A DNA stretch of 62,665 bases from an uncultured Chromatiales bacterium (GCA_964449305.1 CAYUYM010000002.1:1-62665), one strand, 5' to 3'. Counted from the first letter of the stretch, positions 28,201 to 38,740 are shown. Translations and numbers: made by a program. Notes: generated by a model from the sequence alone, not told the origin.

Positions 28201-30285
28201 TCACTTCTTGGTGAATGTCTCCGCCGGAGGATTCGTGTTGTGCTTGATCGAGGTGACGTCGATGTCGATCACAGCCTGGCCCACATTGAGGGACACCTTG
28301 AAGGGCACCTTCACCCCGTCCACATCGCGGTAGTCGGAGTAGCGTGTCTCGAGCGTCATCGTGCCCTCGGGCGTCGTCTGCACACGGTCCTCACCGAAGA
28401 GGAGCCAGGTGTTCGCGTCGATGAGCAGCGTCTGCCTGCCGTGTTTGCGCTCCACTTCGAGCACATACACCTTGGTGCCATTGATCTTGCGGATCACGGT
28501 GGCGTTCACCTTCCAACCCAGCTCCTTTGCACGGAACAGCGGCAGGAATTCAGCGTCCTCAAGCTCCTCGGCAAGTTCCTCGCCTTCCATGGTGTTGACG
28601 CGCGGACCGGCGGCGGTGACCACCCCCTTGCCATCGCACCATTTCTCCTGCGAGCCCATCATCTTCACGGTCATGTTCTCGTAGGAACGGTTCGGGCGGG
28701 CCTTCACTTCCTTGATCGTGCCCTCGATGGTCTGCGGACCGGCGGCGATCTTCACCGTGCCCTCCATCACGCGATCCTTGATCGCATTGACGGCGGCCTC
28801 GGTTCCGATGGCGGCAAGGTGCTTCTTCAGCAGCGTCTCACCATCGATGTCGGAGGCGATCGCAGACTCGATGGGCTTCATGTCGGTGTCGTATTCCTTC
28901 ACGTCACCGAAGGTTTCGAGCAGCGGCTTGATCACTGACCCGTCGCCCACGGCGGTGATGGCGACGTTGTCCGTGTTCCAGTACTTCTTTGCGGCCTTCT
29001 GGATGTCCTCGGCCGACACAGCCATGACCTTCGAGATGTAGGTCTTGTAGTAGTCCTTCGGCAGACCGTAGAGGTCGATGTCCTGCATGCGGCTCACCAC
29101 GCTCATGGGGCTTTCGAGGCTCAGCAGGAAGGTGCCGGCGAAGTACTGCTTGTGGCGGTCCAGCTCCTCGGCCGGGACGGGTTCGGTCTGCATGCGCTTC
29201 ATCTCACCCAGGGTCTCGACGATGGCGGAGTCCGTGGCGATGCGGCGCACCGATGCGGAGGCCTCCCAGAGGCCGCCCATCTTGCGCGAGTCGAGGCTGC
29301 TGTAGGCGCCATAGGTGAAGGCGCGCTTTTCGCGGAGGTTCTGGAACAGCCGTCCGCTGAAGCCGCCGCCGAGGATGGAGTTCGCAAGGCGCAGCGTGGG
29401 GTTGTCGGCATCCTTGCGCTTCAGGCCGGTGGTGACGATGCACATCTCGGTCTGGCTCTGCGTGGTGCCGAGATCCACGAGGTGCACACCCTTGCCCTTG
29501 ATCGGCTTGATGGCCGGGAGGTTGACCGACGGAAGCGAGCCGCCCTGCCAGGCGCCGAAGTACTTCTTCACGAGGGGCATGATCTCCTCGGGCGTCACAT
29601 CACCCACGATCGCGAGGCTCGCATTGGCGGGGATGAAGTAGGTCTTGTGGAAGTTCACGATGTCGTCGCGCGTGATCGCATTGGTGGACTCCTCGGTCCC
29701 GAAGTTCGCATACGGGTGTCCGGCGTAGGCCACGGTGATCTTCAGGCGGTCCGAGATCGCCCCCGGGTCCTTCTTCTCGGACTTGAGACCCGAAAGCGTC
29801 TGCTTCTTCAGCTTGTCGATCTCGTCCTGCGGGAAGGTGGGGTTGAAGAGCGCGTCGGTCATGAGGTCGAGGATCTTCTCGGTGTGCTTCTTGAGGCCGC
29901 TTCCGAAGAACGACATCTGATCGTCGGCGGCTGATGCGCCGACATTGACGCCGATCATGTCGCCCTCCCTGGCGAACTGCAGGGACGAGCGCGTCTTTGT
30001 GCCCTTGGTCATGAGGTCGGTGGTGAAGGATGCGACACCCGACTTGCCGGCGCCGTCGTTCTCCGAACCGGATTTGATCATGAGGCGGAAGGTGACGACG
30101 GGCTGTGAGTGGTTGGAGATGAGGAGCACCTTGAGGCCGTTTCCGAGCCGTTCCTCCTGGTAGTCCGGGAAGGCGGCCTGGGGGGCGGGGCCAGCGGGTG
30201 GCTGCTTGGTGCGGTCGATCTGTGCAAGAAGGGAACCCGTGCAGAACAGGGTGACAATGGCGAGGGTGATGATTCTGGTTTTCAT
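28201..30285 (-). CDS. M16B peptidase non-catalytic subunit with an extra C-terminal domain
   Basis: Signal peptide, RLGNGLKV, no HxxEH (GVASFTTDLM instead), GGGFSGRLFQNLREKRAFTYG. An extra ~210-aa domain ends YSDYRDVDGVKVPF. Confidence 0.85.
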   Translation of the reverse strand: MKTRIITLAIVTLFCTGSLLAQIDRTKQPPAGPAPQAAFPDYQEERLGNGLKVLLISNHSQPVVTFRLMIKSGSENDGAGKSGVASFTTDLMTKGTKTRSSLQFAREGDMIGVNVGASAADDQMSFFGSGLKKHTEKILDLMTDALFNPTFPQDEIDKLKKQTLSGLKSEKKDPGAISDRLKITVAYAGHPYANFGTEESTNAITRDDIVNFHKTYFIPANASLAIVGDVTPEEIMPLVKKYFGAWQGGSLPSVNLPAIKPIKGKGVHLVDLGTTQSQTEMCIVTTGLKRKDADNPTLRLANSILGGGFSGRLFQNLREKRAFTYGAYSSLDSRKMGGLWEASASVRRIATDSAIVETLGEMKRMQTEPVPAEELDRHKQYFAGTFLLSLESPMSVVSRMQDIDLYGLPKDYYKTYISKVMAVSAEDIQKAAKKYWNTDNVAITAVGDGSVIKPLLETFGDVKEYDTDMKPIESAIASDIDGETLLKKHLAAIGTEAAVNAIKDRVMEGTVKIAAGPQTIEGTIKEVKARPNRSYENMTVKMMGSQEKWCDGKGVVTAAGPRVNTMEGEELAEELEDAEFLPLFRAKELGWKVNATVIRKINGTKVYVLEVERKHGRQTLLIDANTWLLFGEDRVQTTPEGTMTLETRYSDYRDVDGVKVPFKVSLNVGQAVIDIDVTSIKHNTNPPAETFTKK

Positions 30286-30299
30286 GGCTGGTGCTCCGT

Positions 30300-31643
30300 T
30301 CAATTCTCGTTGGCCTTGTCATCCTGCTGCATCACCGTGTAGAGCACGGTGTTCATGCGCGCAGGTTTCAGGTAGGTGTTCGCGACGCGCTTGATGTCGT
30401 CACGCGTCACCGCCATGTACTTCCTGTACTCCTCGTTGACGAGCTTCGTGTCGCCATAGAACAGGGAGGCACGGGCGAGCTCGCCGAGCTTGCCGTCGAG
30501 CGACATGAACTTCTGGGCGAACTCCGCCTCCTTGTTGTTGCGGGCCTTCTGGAACTCCTCCTCGGTCACGCCGTTGGCGAGCACCTTGTCGAGCTCGTCC
30601 TTGATGGTCGTGCGGATCTTGTCCATCTCCACGCCCTGGTTGGCGATGCAGAAGAAGGCGAAGAGGCCGGATTTTTCGAGCGCAAAGGGGAAGGCCCCTG
30701 CCTGGATGGCGAGCTGGTCCTGATCCACCAGCCGCTGGTAGAGCCGCGAGCTGCGACCGTTCGAGAGGATGTCGGAAAGGAATTCGAGCGCGTAGGCATC
30801 CTTGTGACGCTGGCCCACGGTGAGGTAGGACTCGATGATCGCGGGGAGCGGCGTCATCTTCTCCTCCACCGTCATCTCACGCGACTCCTTCTGCTCGGGG
30901 ATCACCACGGGGATGCGCTTCGGCGCGGTGCCGGCGGGAATGGGTTCGAAGTAGTCCTTGATCCACTTCTTCGTCTGGGCGATGTCGAGATCGCCGCCCA
31001 CCACCAGGCAGGCATTCTTCGGGATGTAGAACTTCGAATGGAAATCGAGGAACTGCTGTGTCGATGCCTTGTTGATGTGTTCCGGTGTGCCGATCGGCGT
31101 CCACTGGTACTGCGTGCCCTTGAAGGTGGACTTGAACAGGTTGTCCATGAGCGTGCCGTAGGGACGGCCCTCATAGCGCTGTTTCAGCTCCTCCTTCACC
31201 ACCTTGCGCTGCGTCTCGATGCCGATGGAATCGATCACGAGGCTCATCATGCGCTCGGATTCCATCCACAGGGCGAGCTGCAACTGGTGGATGGGGACCT
31301 TGATGTAGAAGTCGGTCTGGTCGAACGAGGTCGAGGCATTGAACTGGCCACCGGCCGCGGTGATCAGTTTGTCGAGCGTGCCACGCTTGATGTTTGCCGT
31401 GCCCTCGAACATGAGGTGCTCGAAGAAGTGGGCGAAGCCCGTCATGTTCGGGTCCTCATCCTTCGATCCGACCTTGTAGAGCAGGTAGGTCATCGCGGTC
31501 GGCGCCGTCCTGTCGGTGTGCAGGATCACGGTGAGACCGTTCTTCAGCTTGTACTCCTCGTACTTGATCGGGTTGAAGCTCTGTGCCATGAGGCTGGCAG
31601 AGCACGCCACGAGCAAGACGACGAGCAGTTTCAGTGCTTTCAT
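30300..31643 (-). CDS. M16B zinc peptidase catalytic subunit
   Basis: Signal peptide, LKNGLTV, TGFAHFFEHLMFEG (HxxEH), NASTSFDQT, VVKEE, SSRLY. Confidence 0.93.
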   Translation of the reverse strand: MKALKLLVVLLVACSASLMAQSFNPIKYEEYKLKNGLTVILHTDRTAPTAMTYLLYKVGSKDEDPNMTGFAHFFEHLMFEGTANIKRGTLDKLITAAGGQFNASTSFDQTDFYIKVPIHQLQLALWMESERMMSLVIDSIGIETQRKVVKEELKQRYEGRPYGTLMDNLFKSTFKGTQYQWTPIGTPEHINKASTQQFLDFHSKFYIPKNACLVVGGDLDIAQTKKWIKDYFEPIPAGTAPKRIPVVIPEQKESREMTVEEKMTPLPAIIESYLTVGQRHKDAYALEFLSDILSNGRSSRLYQRLVDQDQLAIQAGAFPFALEKSGLFAFFCIANQGVEMDKIRTTIKDELDKVLANGVTEEEFQKARNNKEAEFAQKFMSLDGKLGELARASLFYGDTKLVNEEYRKYMAVTRDDIKRVANTYLKPARMNTVLYTVMQQDDKANEN

Positions 31644-31716
31644 GCGTACGTCCTGAATGGTGAAGGGTGTATGGGGAAAAGACAATGTCCGGATGATGGG
31701 ATGGTGGCGACAGGGG

Positions 31717-32394
31717 TCATGCCGTGGCGGTTCCTCCGCCGTGTGCGGGCACACCGGCAAGCTCCGGGAGCCCGGGCAGCTCGCTGATGTCATGCACAAT
31801 CATGTCGGCAGCCTGGAGATACTCGCGGCCGAGCGTGGTCTCCACGGCGATGCAGCGCATGCCGGCGTTCTTCGCGGCCTCGATGCCGAGCGGGGCGTTT
31901 TCGATCACCACGCACTGCTCACGCGTGAGCCCCAGGTGCTCCATCGCCGCGAGATAGCCGTCGGGAAAGGGCTTCGAGCGCTTCACCTCGTCGCCGGTGA
32001 TGAGGAAGTCGAAGTGCGCCATCTCATCGGCTCCAAGGGCGTTCTGCATGTTCTTGAGCGCCGAGGCCGTGACGAGCGCCGTGCGGTAACCGCGGGCCCT
32101 CAGCGTGCGGATCACCGGAAAGGCGTTGGGGTAGGTCGTGGTCTGCACAATGGAACGGAAGTACCGGCGCTTCGTGTCGATGAAGTTCTCCCATTCGCTC
32201 TCCGGCAGCGTCACCCCTGCCTCCGCGATCAGCAGCGGCAGCACATCGCGGGAGTTGCGTCCCTCATGCAGGAGGATCGAGTGCTCGGATACGCTTCCAC
32301 CAAGCTGGCGGAACATGTGGTCCCATGCCAGCCAGTGGTAATGAAGGGTGTCGACAATGATTCCGTCGAGATCGAAGAGAACGGCGTGGATCAT
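31717..32394 (-). CDS. HAD-IA family phosphatase (beta-PGM/CbbY-like)
   Basis: FDLDGIIVDT, LVTAS, KPFPDGY, VIENAPLGIEAAKNAGM. Confidence 0.9.
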   Translation of the reverse strand: MIHAVLFDLDGIIVDTLHYHWLAWDHMFRQLGGSVSEHSILLHEGRNSRDVLPLLIAEAGVTLPESEWENFIDTKRRYFRSIVQTTTYPNAFPVIRTLRARGYRTALVTASALKNMQNALGADEMAHFDFLITGDEVKRSKPFPDGYLAAMEHLGLTREQCVVIENAPLGIEAAKNAGMRCIAVETTLGREYLQAADMIVHDISELPGLPELAGVPAHGGGTATA

Positions 32395-32468
32395 GGGCGT
32401 GTGTACGGCTGTGAGGGAGGCGGGTTTCAATAATACGCGACAAAATCGCGTCGCGTTCATGACAGCAT

Positions 32469-32476
32469 CAAATATA
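32469..32476 (-). promoter_or_regulatory. Bacteroidota-type -7 promoter box for the HAD gene
   Basis: The reverse complement reads TATATTTG, about 75 nt upstream of ATG 32394. Confidence 0.45.
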
Positions 32477-32544
32477 GCGATTTCCCTTCACGCTTGTGTG
32501 CCGAACCACGCCGCCACCCCACCGGCGCATGCCGCGGGGCCGAC

Positions 32545-34851
32545 TCAGAATTCCGCGGCGATCCCGATGCTCGGAAGGATGCCGATGGATGCCGAGGCAT
32601 TCTCCACACGGTTGTTGCGTACGTCCCAGCGGTCACCCTGGATGTTCTTCCGGTTGTAGACGTTCTGCACGTCGATGTAGGTGATGAGGTTCCACGATGT
32701 GAAATTCCAGCGCCGGTCCACACGCAGGTCGAGCGTGTGGAACGCCGGCAGCCGCCCGCTGTTGAAGCGCGAATAATCCCGCTGCCCCGTCGGCAGGAAG
32801 GGCGTGGTGGGCCCTCCCGTGGCGAAACGGAACTTCATGCTGAACTCCCAGGCGTCGTCGAGGCGCCAGCCGCCGGAGAGGTTGGCAATGATGCGCTGAT
32901 CAAAGGCACCCGGCCGCTCCACGCCGTCGAGGGCGGTGAAGTCCGTGCGGTTCCAGGAGATGCTGAGGATGCCGTAGCACGGGATCTCCGAGAGCCTCTT
33001 CTGCACCAGCAGCTCCACGCCTCGGGAGATGCCGCTCCCATCGCTGATGAGCGGATCGAATCCGAAGGAGGCGAAGTCCTCCTCCGCACCGCCGTAACCC
33101 GCTCCGGTGTTCGCGAGCACGAGCCAGGGTTTGTCCACACTCGCCGGGTAATCGGCATACTGCTTCACATAGCCCTCGAGCCGCACCTTGGTGTCGGGGC
33201 GCAGCAGATGCTCGAAACCGAGGACGGCCTGGTTGACGCGCACAAAATCCAGACGGCGGTTCACGGCGTTGGAGGTGAGCCAGATGTAGGACGGCGCCTG
33301 GTGATACACACCGCCGGAGAGCGACACGCTGCTCTCCTGCGTCATCTGCCAGGAGAGGGCGAGGCGCGGGCTGAAGACGAGGGGGTTGTCGATCATGGAG
33401 AAGTGATCCACCCGTGCACCGGCGGTGACGCGCACGCGATCCATCACCTGCTGCGCCACCTGGACGTAGGCCGCGAGCTTGAACGCCGTGGTGTCCCAGG
33501 TCCGGGCGAAGGGCTGCATGCGCTTGTACACCGCGGTCGTGTCGAGGTCGAGCACGCCGTCGATGCGGCCCAGCCTGCTGCTGGCGCCGAAGGAGAGTTC
33601 CGTGGTCTTCGCCACCTGGAACACGCCATCCATGCGCAGGATGGTCTCCGCCTCGCGGGAGTCCGACGTGAAGATGGGTGTGAGAAGCGAATCGGTCTGG
33701 AGGTAGCTGTAGTCCACCATGGTGCGCCCGAGGGCGAAGGTGAGGAAGCCGCTGGAGATCAGATGCCGCCAGGAGATGTTGGAAATGTACTGGTCCTGCG
33801 AGCTGCCCAGGATCCGGGAGTTCGAGAAGCGCTTGTCCTCCGTGTCATTGAAGAAGCGCACCTTGTCCAACGCGCCGATGGTGAAGAAGGAGACCTCGTT
33901 GTCGGAATCGATCGACATGGTGGCCTTGCCCAGGAAGTCCCAGTACTCCGGCACGAAGCCGAAGCCCGCGGCCTTGAAGATGAAGTCGAGATAACTCCGG
34001 CGTGCGGAGAGCAGGAAGGAGCCGCGCTCGCCGATCGGGCCCTCGGCGTTCACACCGAACTGGGAGGCGCTGACCAGGAGCTTGCCGCCGAGCCTGTCGT
34101 TGCGGCCATCCCTGAGATCGATGGTGAGCACCGACGAGAGCTTGTCACCATAACGGGCGCCGAAGCCGCCGGTGGAGAAGGTGACGTCGCGGATGAAGTC
34201 GAGGTTCACAAAGCTCAGCGGGCCGCCCGTGGCGCCCTGCGTCCCGAAGTGGTTGATGTTCGGCGTCTCGAGACCGTCGATCACGTAGAGGTTCTCCGAG
34301 GCGGCGCCGCCCCGCACGATGAGGTCGTTGCGCCCGGCGGAGACCTGCACCACACCCGGCAGGACGGAAATGGCGCGGATCACATCCTCCTGACCACCCG
34401 GGGCGCGCCGGATCTCCTCGTTGCTCAGCGACTGTGCGCTGACCTGCAGGTCGGTGTTCTGCCGGAAATAGTCCGCCTCCACCACCACGGTGCCGAGGTC
34501 GATGGTGGTGGGTTGCAGCGGCACGGCGATCTGGCTCTGGCGGCCCGATCCCACGCTCACATCCGTCACGATCATGGGTTTGTAGCCGAGCAGAGAGGCC
34601 TGCACCCGGTAGGTCCCGGGGGCGACGGCACGCAGCGTGAAATGCCCCTCGATGTCAGTGGCCGTGCCGATGGCCGTGCCCGGAATGGTGACCGCCGCGC
34701 CGATGAGCGGCTCCTTCGTCACCGCGTCGAACACGTGGCCGGTGATGGATCCCGTGGCGCCCCTGTCCGCCTGCGCAGACGCTCCGGCGCTCATGACCAT
34801 GGTCAACAGGGTGAGGAGAAGATGATGCTGGATGAATCGATGGGTGTTCAT
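32545..34851 (-). CDS. TonB-dependent receptor with N-terminal carboxypeptidase-regulatory-like domain
   Basis: EPLIGA.V.I.GT..GTATD..G.F.L, plug motif DLIVRGGAASENLYVIDG, GGFGARYGDKLSSV, terminal PSIGIAAEF. Confidence 0.93.
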   Translation of the reverse strand: MNTHRFIQHHLLLTLLTMVMSAGASAQADRGATGSITGHVFDAVTKEPLIGAAVTIPGTAIGTATDIEGHFTLRAVAPGTYRVQASLLGYKPMIVTDVSVGSGRQSQIAVPLQPTTIDLGTVVVEADYFRQNTDLQVSAQSLSNEEIRRAPGGQEDVIRAISVLPGVVQVSAGRNDLIVRGGAASENLYVIDGLETPNINHFGTQGATGGPLSFVNLDFIRDVTFSTGGFGARYGDKLSSVLTIDLRDGRNDRLGGKLLVSASQFGVNAEGPIGERGSFLLSARRSYLDFIFKAAGFGFVPEYWDFLGKATMSIDSDNEVSFFTIGALDKVRFFNDTEDKRFSNSRILGSSQDQYISNISWRHLISSGFLTFALGRTMVDYSYLQTDSLLTPIFTSDSREAETILRMDGVFQVAKTTELSFGASSRLGRIDGVLDLDTTAVYKRMQPFARTWDTTAFKLAAYVQVAQQVMDRVRVTAGARVDHFSMIDNPLVFSPRLALSWQMTQESSVSLSGGVYHQAPSYIWLTSNAVNRRLDFVRVNQAVLGFEHLLRPDTKVRLEGYVKQYADYPASVDKPWLVLANTGAGYGGAEEDFASFGFDPLISDGSGISRGVELLVQKRLSEIPCYGILSISWNRTDFTALDGVERPGAFDQRIIANLSGGWRLDDAWEFSMKFRFATGGPTTPFLPTGQRDYSRFNSGRLPAFHTLDLRVDRRWNFTSWNLITYIDVQNVYNRKNIQGDRWDVRNNRVENASASIGILPSIGIAAEF

Positions 34852-35130
34852 GCCTATCCATGGTTTGTGACACGGCTGCGCCCCCTGTGCGGGACGATTC
34901 GTGTACCTACAACGTTTTCCGTGTTTCCGTGGTTCCTTGTGTGGCGTGCGTCCGCTTCAGGCACACGTGCGGGCAGCGTGCCGCAGCGGGGCAGTGCAAT
35001 GTACCCAACCCTGGGATGCCATGCGCCATGAAGGGGACATGCATGAGGATGTAACACAAACTTCACACGCCGGTAACACCAGCGTAACATGCTGATGCGA
35101 GCTTTGTGCATCACAGAAAAAGGACCGCGC

Positions 35131-36315
35131 ATGAAAATCGCCTATGTCAATGCCAGTCTCCGGGTCGGTCAGGATGGCGTCAGCCGTGTCGTTCATACGA
35201 TGATCTCCGGGGCACGTGCGCGGGGACATGAGGTTGCCGGGATCACGGCCTCCGAACCGCTGGGAGCCGTGGACTACCCCATCTGCCGTGTCCCCTCCAT
35301 GGCGTTTCCGCTCCAGAAGAACTACCGCATCGCCTTTCCCGGATACCTCCAGTTCCGGAGCTTTCTGGACACGTTCCAACCGGACATGCTCCATCTCAAC
35401 AGTCCATGCACCCTGGGGTTCAGCGCTGTGAAGTATGCCGAAGCGTACGGTGTCCCGGTGGTCGCCACGTACCATACGCACTTCCCCTCGTATCCGCAGT
35501 ACTACAAGCTCAAGCGCTTCGAGCATGTTGCGTGGCGCATATCCCGGCATTTCTACAATGGGGTGGATCGGACCTTCATCCCGACAATGCCCATCCTCCA
35601 CGAGCTCGAGGCCCATGGCCTGGACCGTCTGGAATACCTGCCCAATGGTGTCGACACCACGGCCTTCAATCCCGCCTGGAGATCACATGCATGGCGGAGA
35701 CAGTTCGGCGAACGGGATGTTCCGATTGTGCTGTTTGTCAGCCGCCTGATGTGGGAGAAGAACCTGTCCGTGCTTGTGGAGACCTACAAGCGCCTGCGCG
35801 CGACACACGGCGACGGGTTCCACATGGTGATTGTCGGGACGGGGCACGCCCGGCAGGAACTGGAGGCGATGATGCCCGGAGCCCACTTCCTCGGGTATCA
35901 GCATGGCCGCGATCTGGCGACGAGCTATGCCTCGTCCGATGTGTTCGTGTTTCCCTCGACCACGGAGACCTTCGGTCTCGTGACACTGGAGGCGATGGCG
36001 TCAGGTGTTGCCCCGGTGGCTGCCGCCGCCGGCGGCGCTCTGGAACTCATCCAGCCTGATGTATCGGGCCTGCTGGCCGAGCCGTTCAACATCGACGATC
36101 TCACGCGGCGGGTCTCATGGCTGCTGTCCCATCCCGAATATTGTCGCACCATTGGAGAAAATGCCCTTGCCCGAGCGCGTCACTATGGTTGGGAGAGAAT
36201 CCTCGACCAGCTCTTTGCCACCTATGACCACGTCATCGAGGATGTGCGGAATGGGCGTGCCAGATCCGGCCACCGGAGAAGGCGGCCTGCCGCCCTTGCC
36301 ATCGAGGCTGCATGA
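35131..36315 (+). CDS. GT4 (GT-B) glycosyltransferase
   Basis: QDGVSR, VATYHTHFP, LPNGVD, LFVSRLMWEKN, VFVFPSTTETFGLVTLEAMASG (ExxxxxxxE). Confidence 0.92.
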   Translation: MKIAYVNASLRVGQDGVSRVVHTMISGARARGHEVAGITASEPLGAVDYPICRVPSMAFPLQKNYRIAFPGYLQFRSFLDTFQPDMLHLNSPCTLGFSAVKYAEAYGVPVVATYHTHFPSYPQYYKLKRFEHVAWRISRHFYNGVDRTFIPTMPILHELEAHGLDRLEYLPNGVDTTAFNPAWRSHAWRRQFGERDVPIVLFVSRLMWEKNLSVLVETYKRLRATHGDGFHMVIVGTGHARQELEAMMPGAHFLGYQHGRDLATSYASSDVFVFPSTTETFGLVTLEAMASGVAPVAAAAGGALELIQPDVSGLLAEPFNIDDLTRRVSWLLSHPEYCRTIGENALARARHYGWERILDQLFATYDHVIEDVRNGRARSGHRRRRPAALAIEAA

Positions 36316-37270
36316 AGCCGGCGCCAGCTTTCGGATCGCCCACATCTCCGATCCGCATCTCAGCCGGAGATACTACCGGGAACACATCAAATCCCTGAAG
36401 ATCCTCCTCAGGAGGATGCTCGATGCCGGATGCGATCACGTTGTCATCTCCGGCGACATCGTCTCCACCGCCGACCCGGACGACTACCATCTGGCCCGTG
36501 AGATCTTCGCCTCATTCGGTCTTCTGCGACCGGAACGACTCACCATGGTTCCGGGGAACCACGACATCTTCGGTGGTCCCCACCGCGCTGTCGACGTGTT
36601 GAGTTTCCCCCATCACATCCGTGCCGTCGATCATCGGCGGATGATGAACCTGTACGCGGAGGCATTTGCTGAAACCTTTGTCGGAGCCACGCGGCTGTCA
36701 CCTGCCACCCTGTTCCCCTGTGTCAAGCAGGTGGGACCATTCGCGCTTCTGTGCCTCAACTCCGTCCCGCACTGGTCGTTGAAACGCAACCCACTCGGAA
36801 GCAACGGGGACTTCGATGAGGATCACCAGTCGGTGCTTGCAGATCCGGCCCTCTCTGCCCGCTGGCACGGGCTGATCCCGGTCGCGGTGATGCACCATCA
36901 TTTCCACGACATTCATGACGACGCGCATGGGAGCACGTGGTGGGCCCGGATCGAGTCTCGCACCATGCGCATGCGCAGGCGGCGGAGAACGCTGCAGATG
37001 TTCCACGCCCGCGGCATCAGGGCGGTGCTGCATGGCCATGTGCACCGCAACGACGTGTATCACCTCGGTGGACTCGTGCTTGCCAACGGCGCTGGTGCGG
37101 TGTGTGACGATCCGGTCCGGATGCTGAAATACAACATCCTGTCGGCAACGGATGATGGCGTGCAGATCACCACGCGCATCCTGGATGTCCCCTACCAGGC
37201 CGATGCCCAATCCCGACCGATTCACTCATTCACGACCATTCCTTCCCTCCCACAGACAACAGGGTCCTGA
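36251..37270 (+). CDS. Calcineurin-like metallophosphoesterase (CpdA/Icc-like)
   Basis: HISDPH, SGD, PGNHD, MHHH, HGHVH metal motifs. Start uncertain; ATG 36251 overlaps the GT4 3' end. Confidence 0.85.
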   Translation: MGVPDPATGEGGLPPLPSRLHEAGASFRIAHISDPHLSRRYYREHIKSLKILLRRMLDAGCDHVVISGDIVSTADPDDYHLAREIFASFGLLRPERLTMVPGNHDIFGGPHRAVDVLSFPHHIRAVDHRRMMNLYAEAFAETFVGATRLSPATLFPCVKQVGPFALLCLNSVPHWSLKRNPLGSNGDFDEDHQSVLADPALSARWHGLIPVAVMHHHFHDIHDDAHGSTWWARIESRTMRMRRRRRTLQMFHARGIRAVLHGHVHRNDVYHLGGLVLANGAGAVCDDPVRMLKYNILSATDDGVQITTRILDVPYQADAQSRPIHSFTTIPSLPQTTGS

Positions 37271-37272
37271 CC

Positions 37273-38082
37273 ATGCGCCTCTCCATGTCCGATATCCTGC
37301 ATCGCATTCGATCCTTTTCGGTGCTCCGTGATCATTCTTCAGATCGCATCGCCGTCTTCGACCTCGATCACACGCTCATTGATGCGGATCTCGGCGAAGC
37401 CGTCCTTGCGGTGCTGCTCTGTCGTGGCGAGAAGGTGGGCATCACCTGGGAGACCTACATCCAGACCCGGCAGATCGATCCCCCGACGGCATACCGCGAT
37501 GCGGTTGCAGCAATGGGTGGGCTGCCTGAGATCAATCTCCGCTCCGCCACGGCGGAGGTCCTCACCACACGCCGGGCGGCGATTGACTTCGGGAACGTGT
37601 CCGTCCCCGTTCCCCGACCGCAACCCTGGGCGAGGGGGTTTCTGGCCGGGCTTCGTGAGATGGGGATGCCGACGCACGTCATCACCGCCACCGCCCACAT
37701 CTCCGCCGTCATGGCATGCCGCTACCATTTCGGGCTGGACCATGATCATGTGCACGGCGTGCGGCAGTTGGTGAAGCGCTCCCGCCTGACGGACTGCCTC
37801 ATCGAGCCGGCACCAATCGGCCAGGGCAAGGTGGATGTGTATTTGTCGACGATCGGTGATGAGCGGCCCCTCGTTGTCGCCACCGACAGTCTGCTGGATC
37901 TGCCGCTGATGCAGTTCTGTGATCCGGCGGGTCTCGCGTTGTGGGCGGGCAACGCGGAGGACGGCGGGATCGCGCGTGCCCTGGTCGGAGTCCGGGAGTT
38001 TGTCCGCATCCCTGGCGGGATGACCGGGATGTCGCATGATACTCGCCGTCCGGTGACCGCAGGTGCCATGCGTCGCGGGTGA
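37273..38082 (+). CDS. HAD-IB family hydrolase (SerB-like)
   Basis: VFDLDHTL motif I, VITAT motif II, GKV motif III, TDSLLD motif IV. Confidence 0.75.
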   Translation: MRLSMSDILHRIRSFSVLRDHSSDRIAVFDLDHTLIDADLGEAVLAVLLCRGEKVGITWETYIQTRQIDPPTAYRDAVAAMGGLPEINLRSATAEVLTTRRAAIDFGNVSVPVPRPQPWARGFLAGLREMGMPTHVITATAHISAVMACRYHFGLDHDHVHGVRQLVKRSRLTDCLIEPAPIGQGKVDVYLSTIGDERPLVVATDSLLDLPLMQFCDPAGLALWAGNAEDGGIARALVGVREFVRIPGGMTGMSHDTRRPVTAGAMRRG

Positions 38083-38155
38083 CGCGGGCGCGGCGCGGAC
38101 CATGCGTCGGCGAGCGGATTTGCGTACCTTCGTCTTCGACATCTGCGGAGCCCTC

Positions 38156-38740
38156 ATGCCCACACCGGAAATCCTGACACAACGACTGATCCTGAACGCT
38201 CTGCGGCGGGAGGATGCTGCTGCGGTGTTCGCCTACCGCGCTGATCCGGAGGTGCAGCGCCACCAGTCCTGGGCACCGGCCTCCGTGGAGGAGGTCGCCC
38301 CCTTTCTGATCGGGGATGCACCGACGCAGCCGGGCACGCCGGGAACGTGGTTTCAATTCGGGATCCGGCTGCGGGCATCGGGTGCGCTGATTGGTGACCT
38401 CGGCGTCCACACAGATGCAGACGATTCACGCCAGGCCGAGCTGGGCATCACCATCGCCCCCTGGGAGCAGCGCAGGGGCCTCGGCTCCGAGGCGCTCGCG
38501 GGGATGATCACCTGGTTGTTCACAACACGCAACCTGCACCGCATCCATGCGTCGGTGGACCCGCGCAACACGGGATCGGTTGCCATGCTCCGGCGTGTCG
38601 GATTGCGCCAGGAGGCGCACTTCCACCGGAGCCTGTGGTTCAAGGGGGAGTGGGCGGATGACCTCGTCTTCGCCGTGCTCGCATCCGAATGGACGGCACG
38701 CTTCTCAGGCATGGAATCGCTGTCAGGAATACACGCGTAG
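38156..38740 (+). CDS. GNAT N-acetyltransferase, RimJ/RimL family
   Basis: TQRLILNALRRED, LIGDLG, ELGITIAP..Q.RGLG, DPRN.GS..MLRRVGLRQEAH. Confidence 0.9.
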   Translation: MPTPEILTQRLILNALRREDAAAVFAYRADPEVQRHQSWAPASVEEVAPFLIGDAPTQPGTPGTWFQFGIRLRASGALIGDLGVHTDADDSRQAELGITIAPWEQRRGLGSEALAGMITWLFTTRNLHRIHASVDPRNTGSVAMLRRVGLRQEAHFHRSLWFKGEWADDLVFAVLASEWTARFSGMESLSGIHA

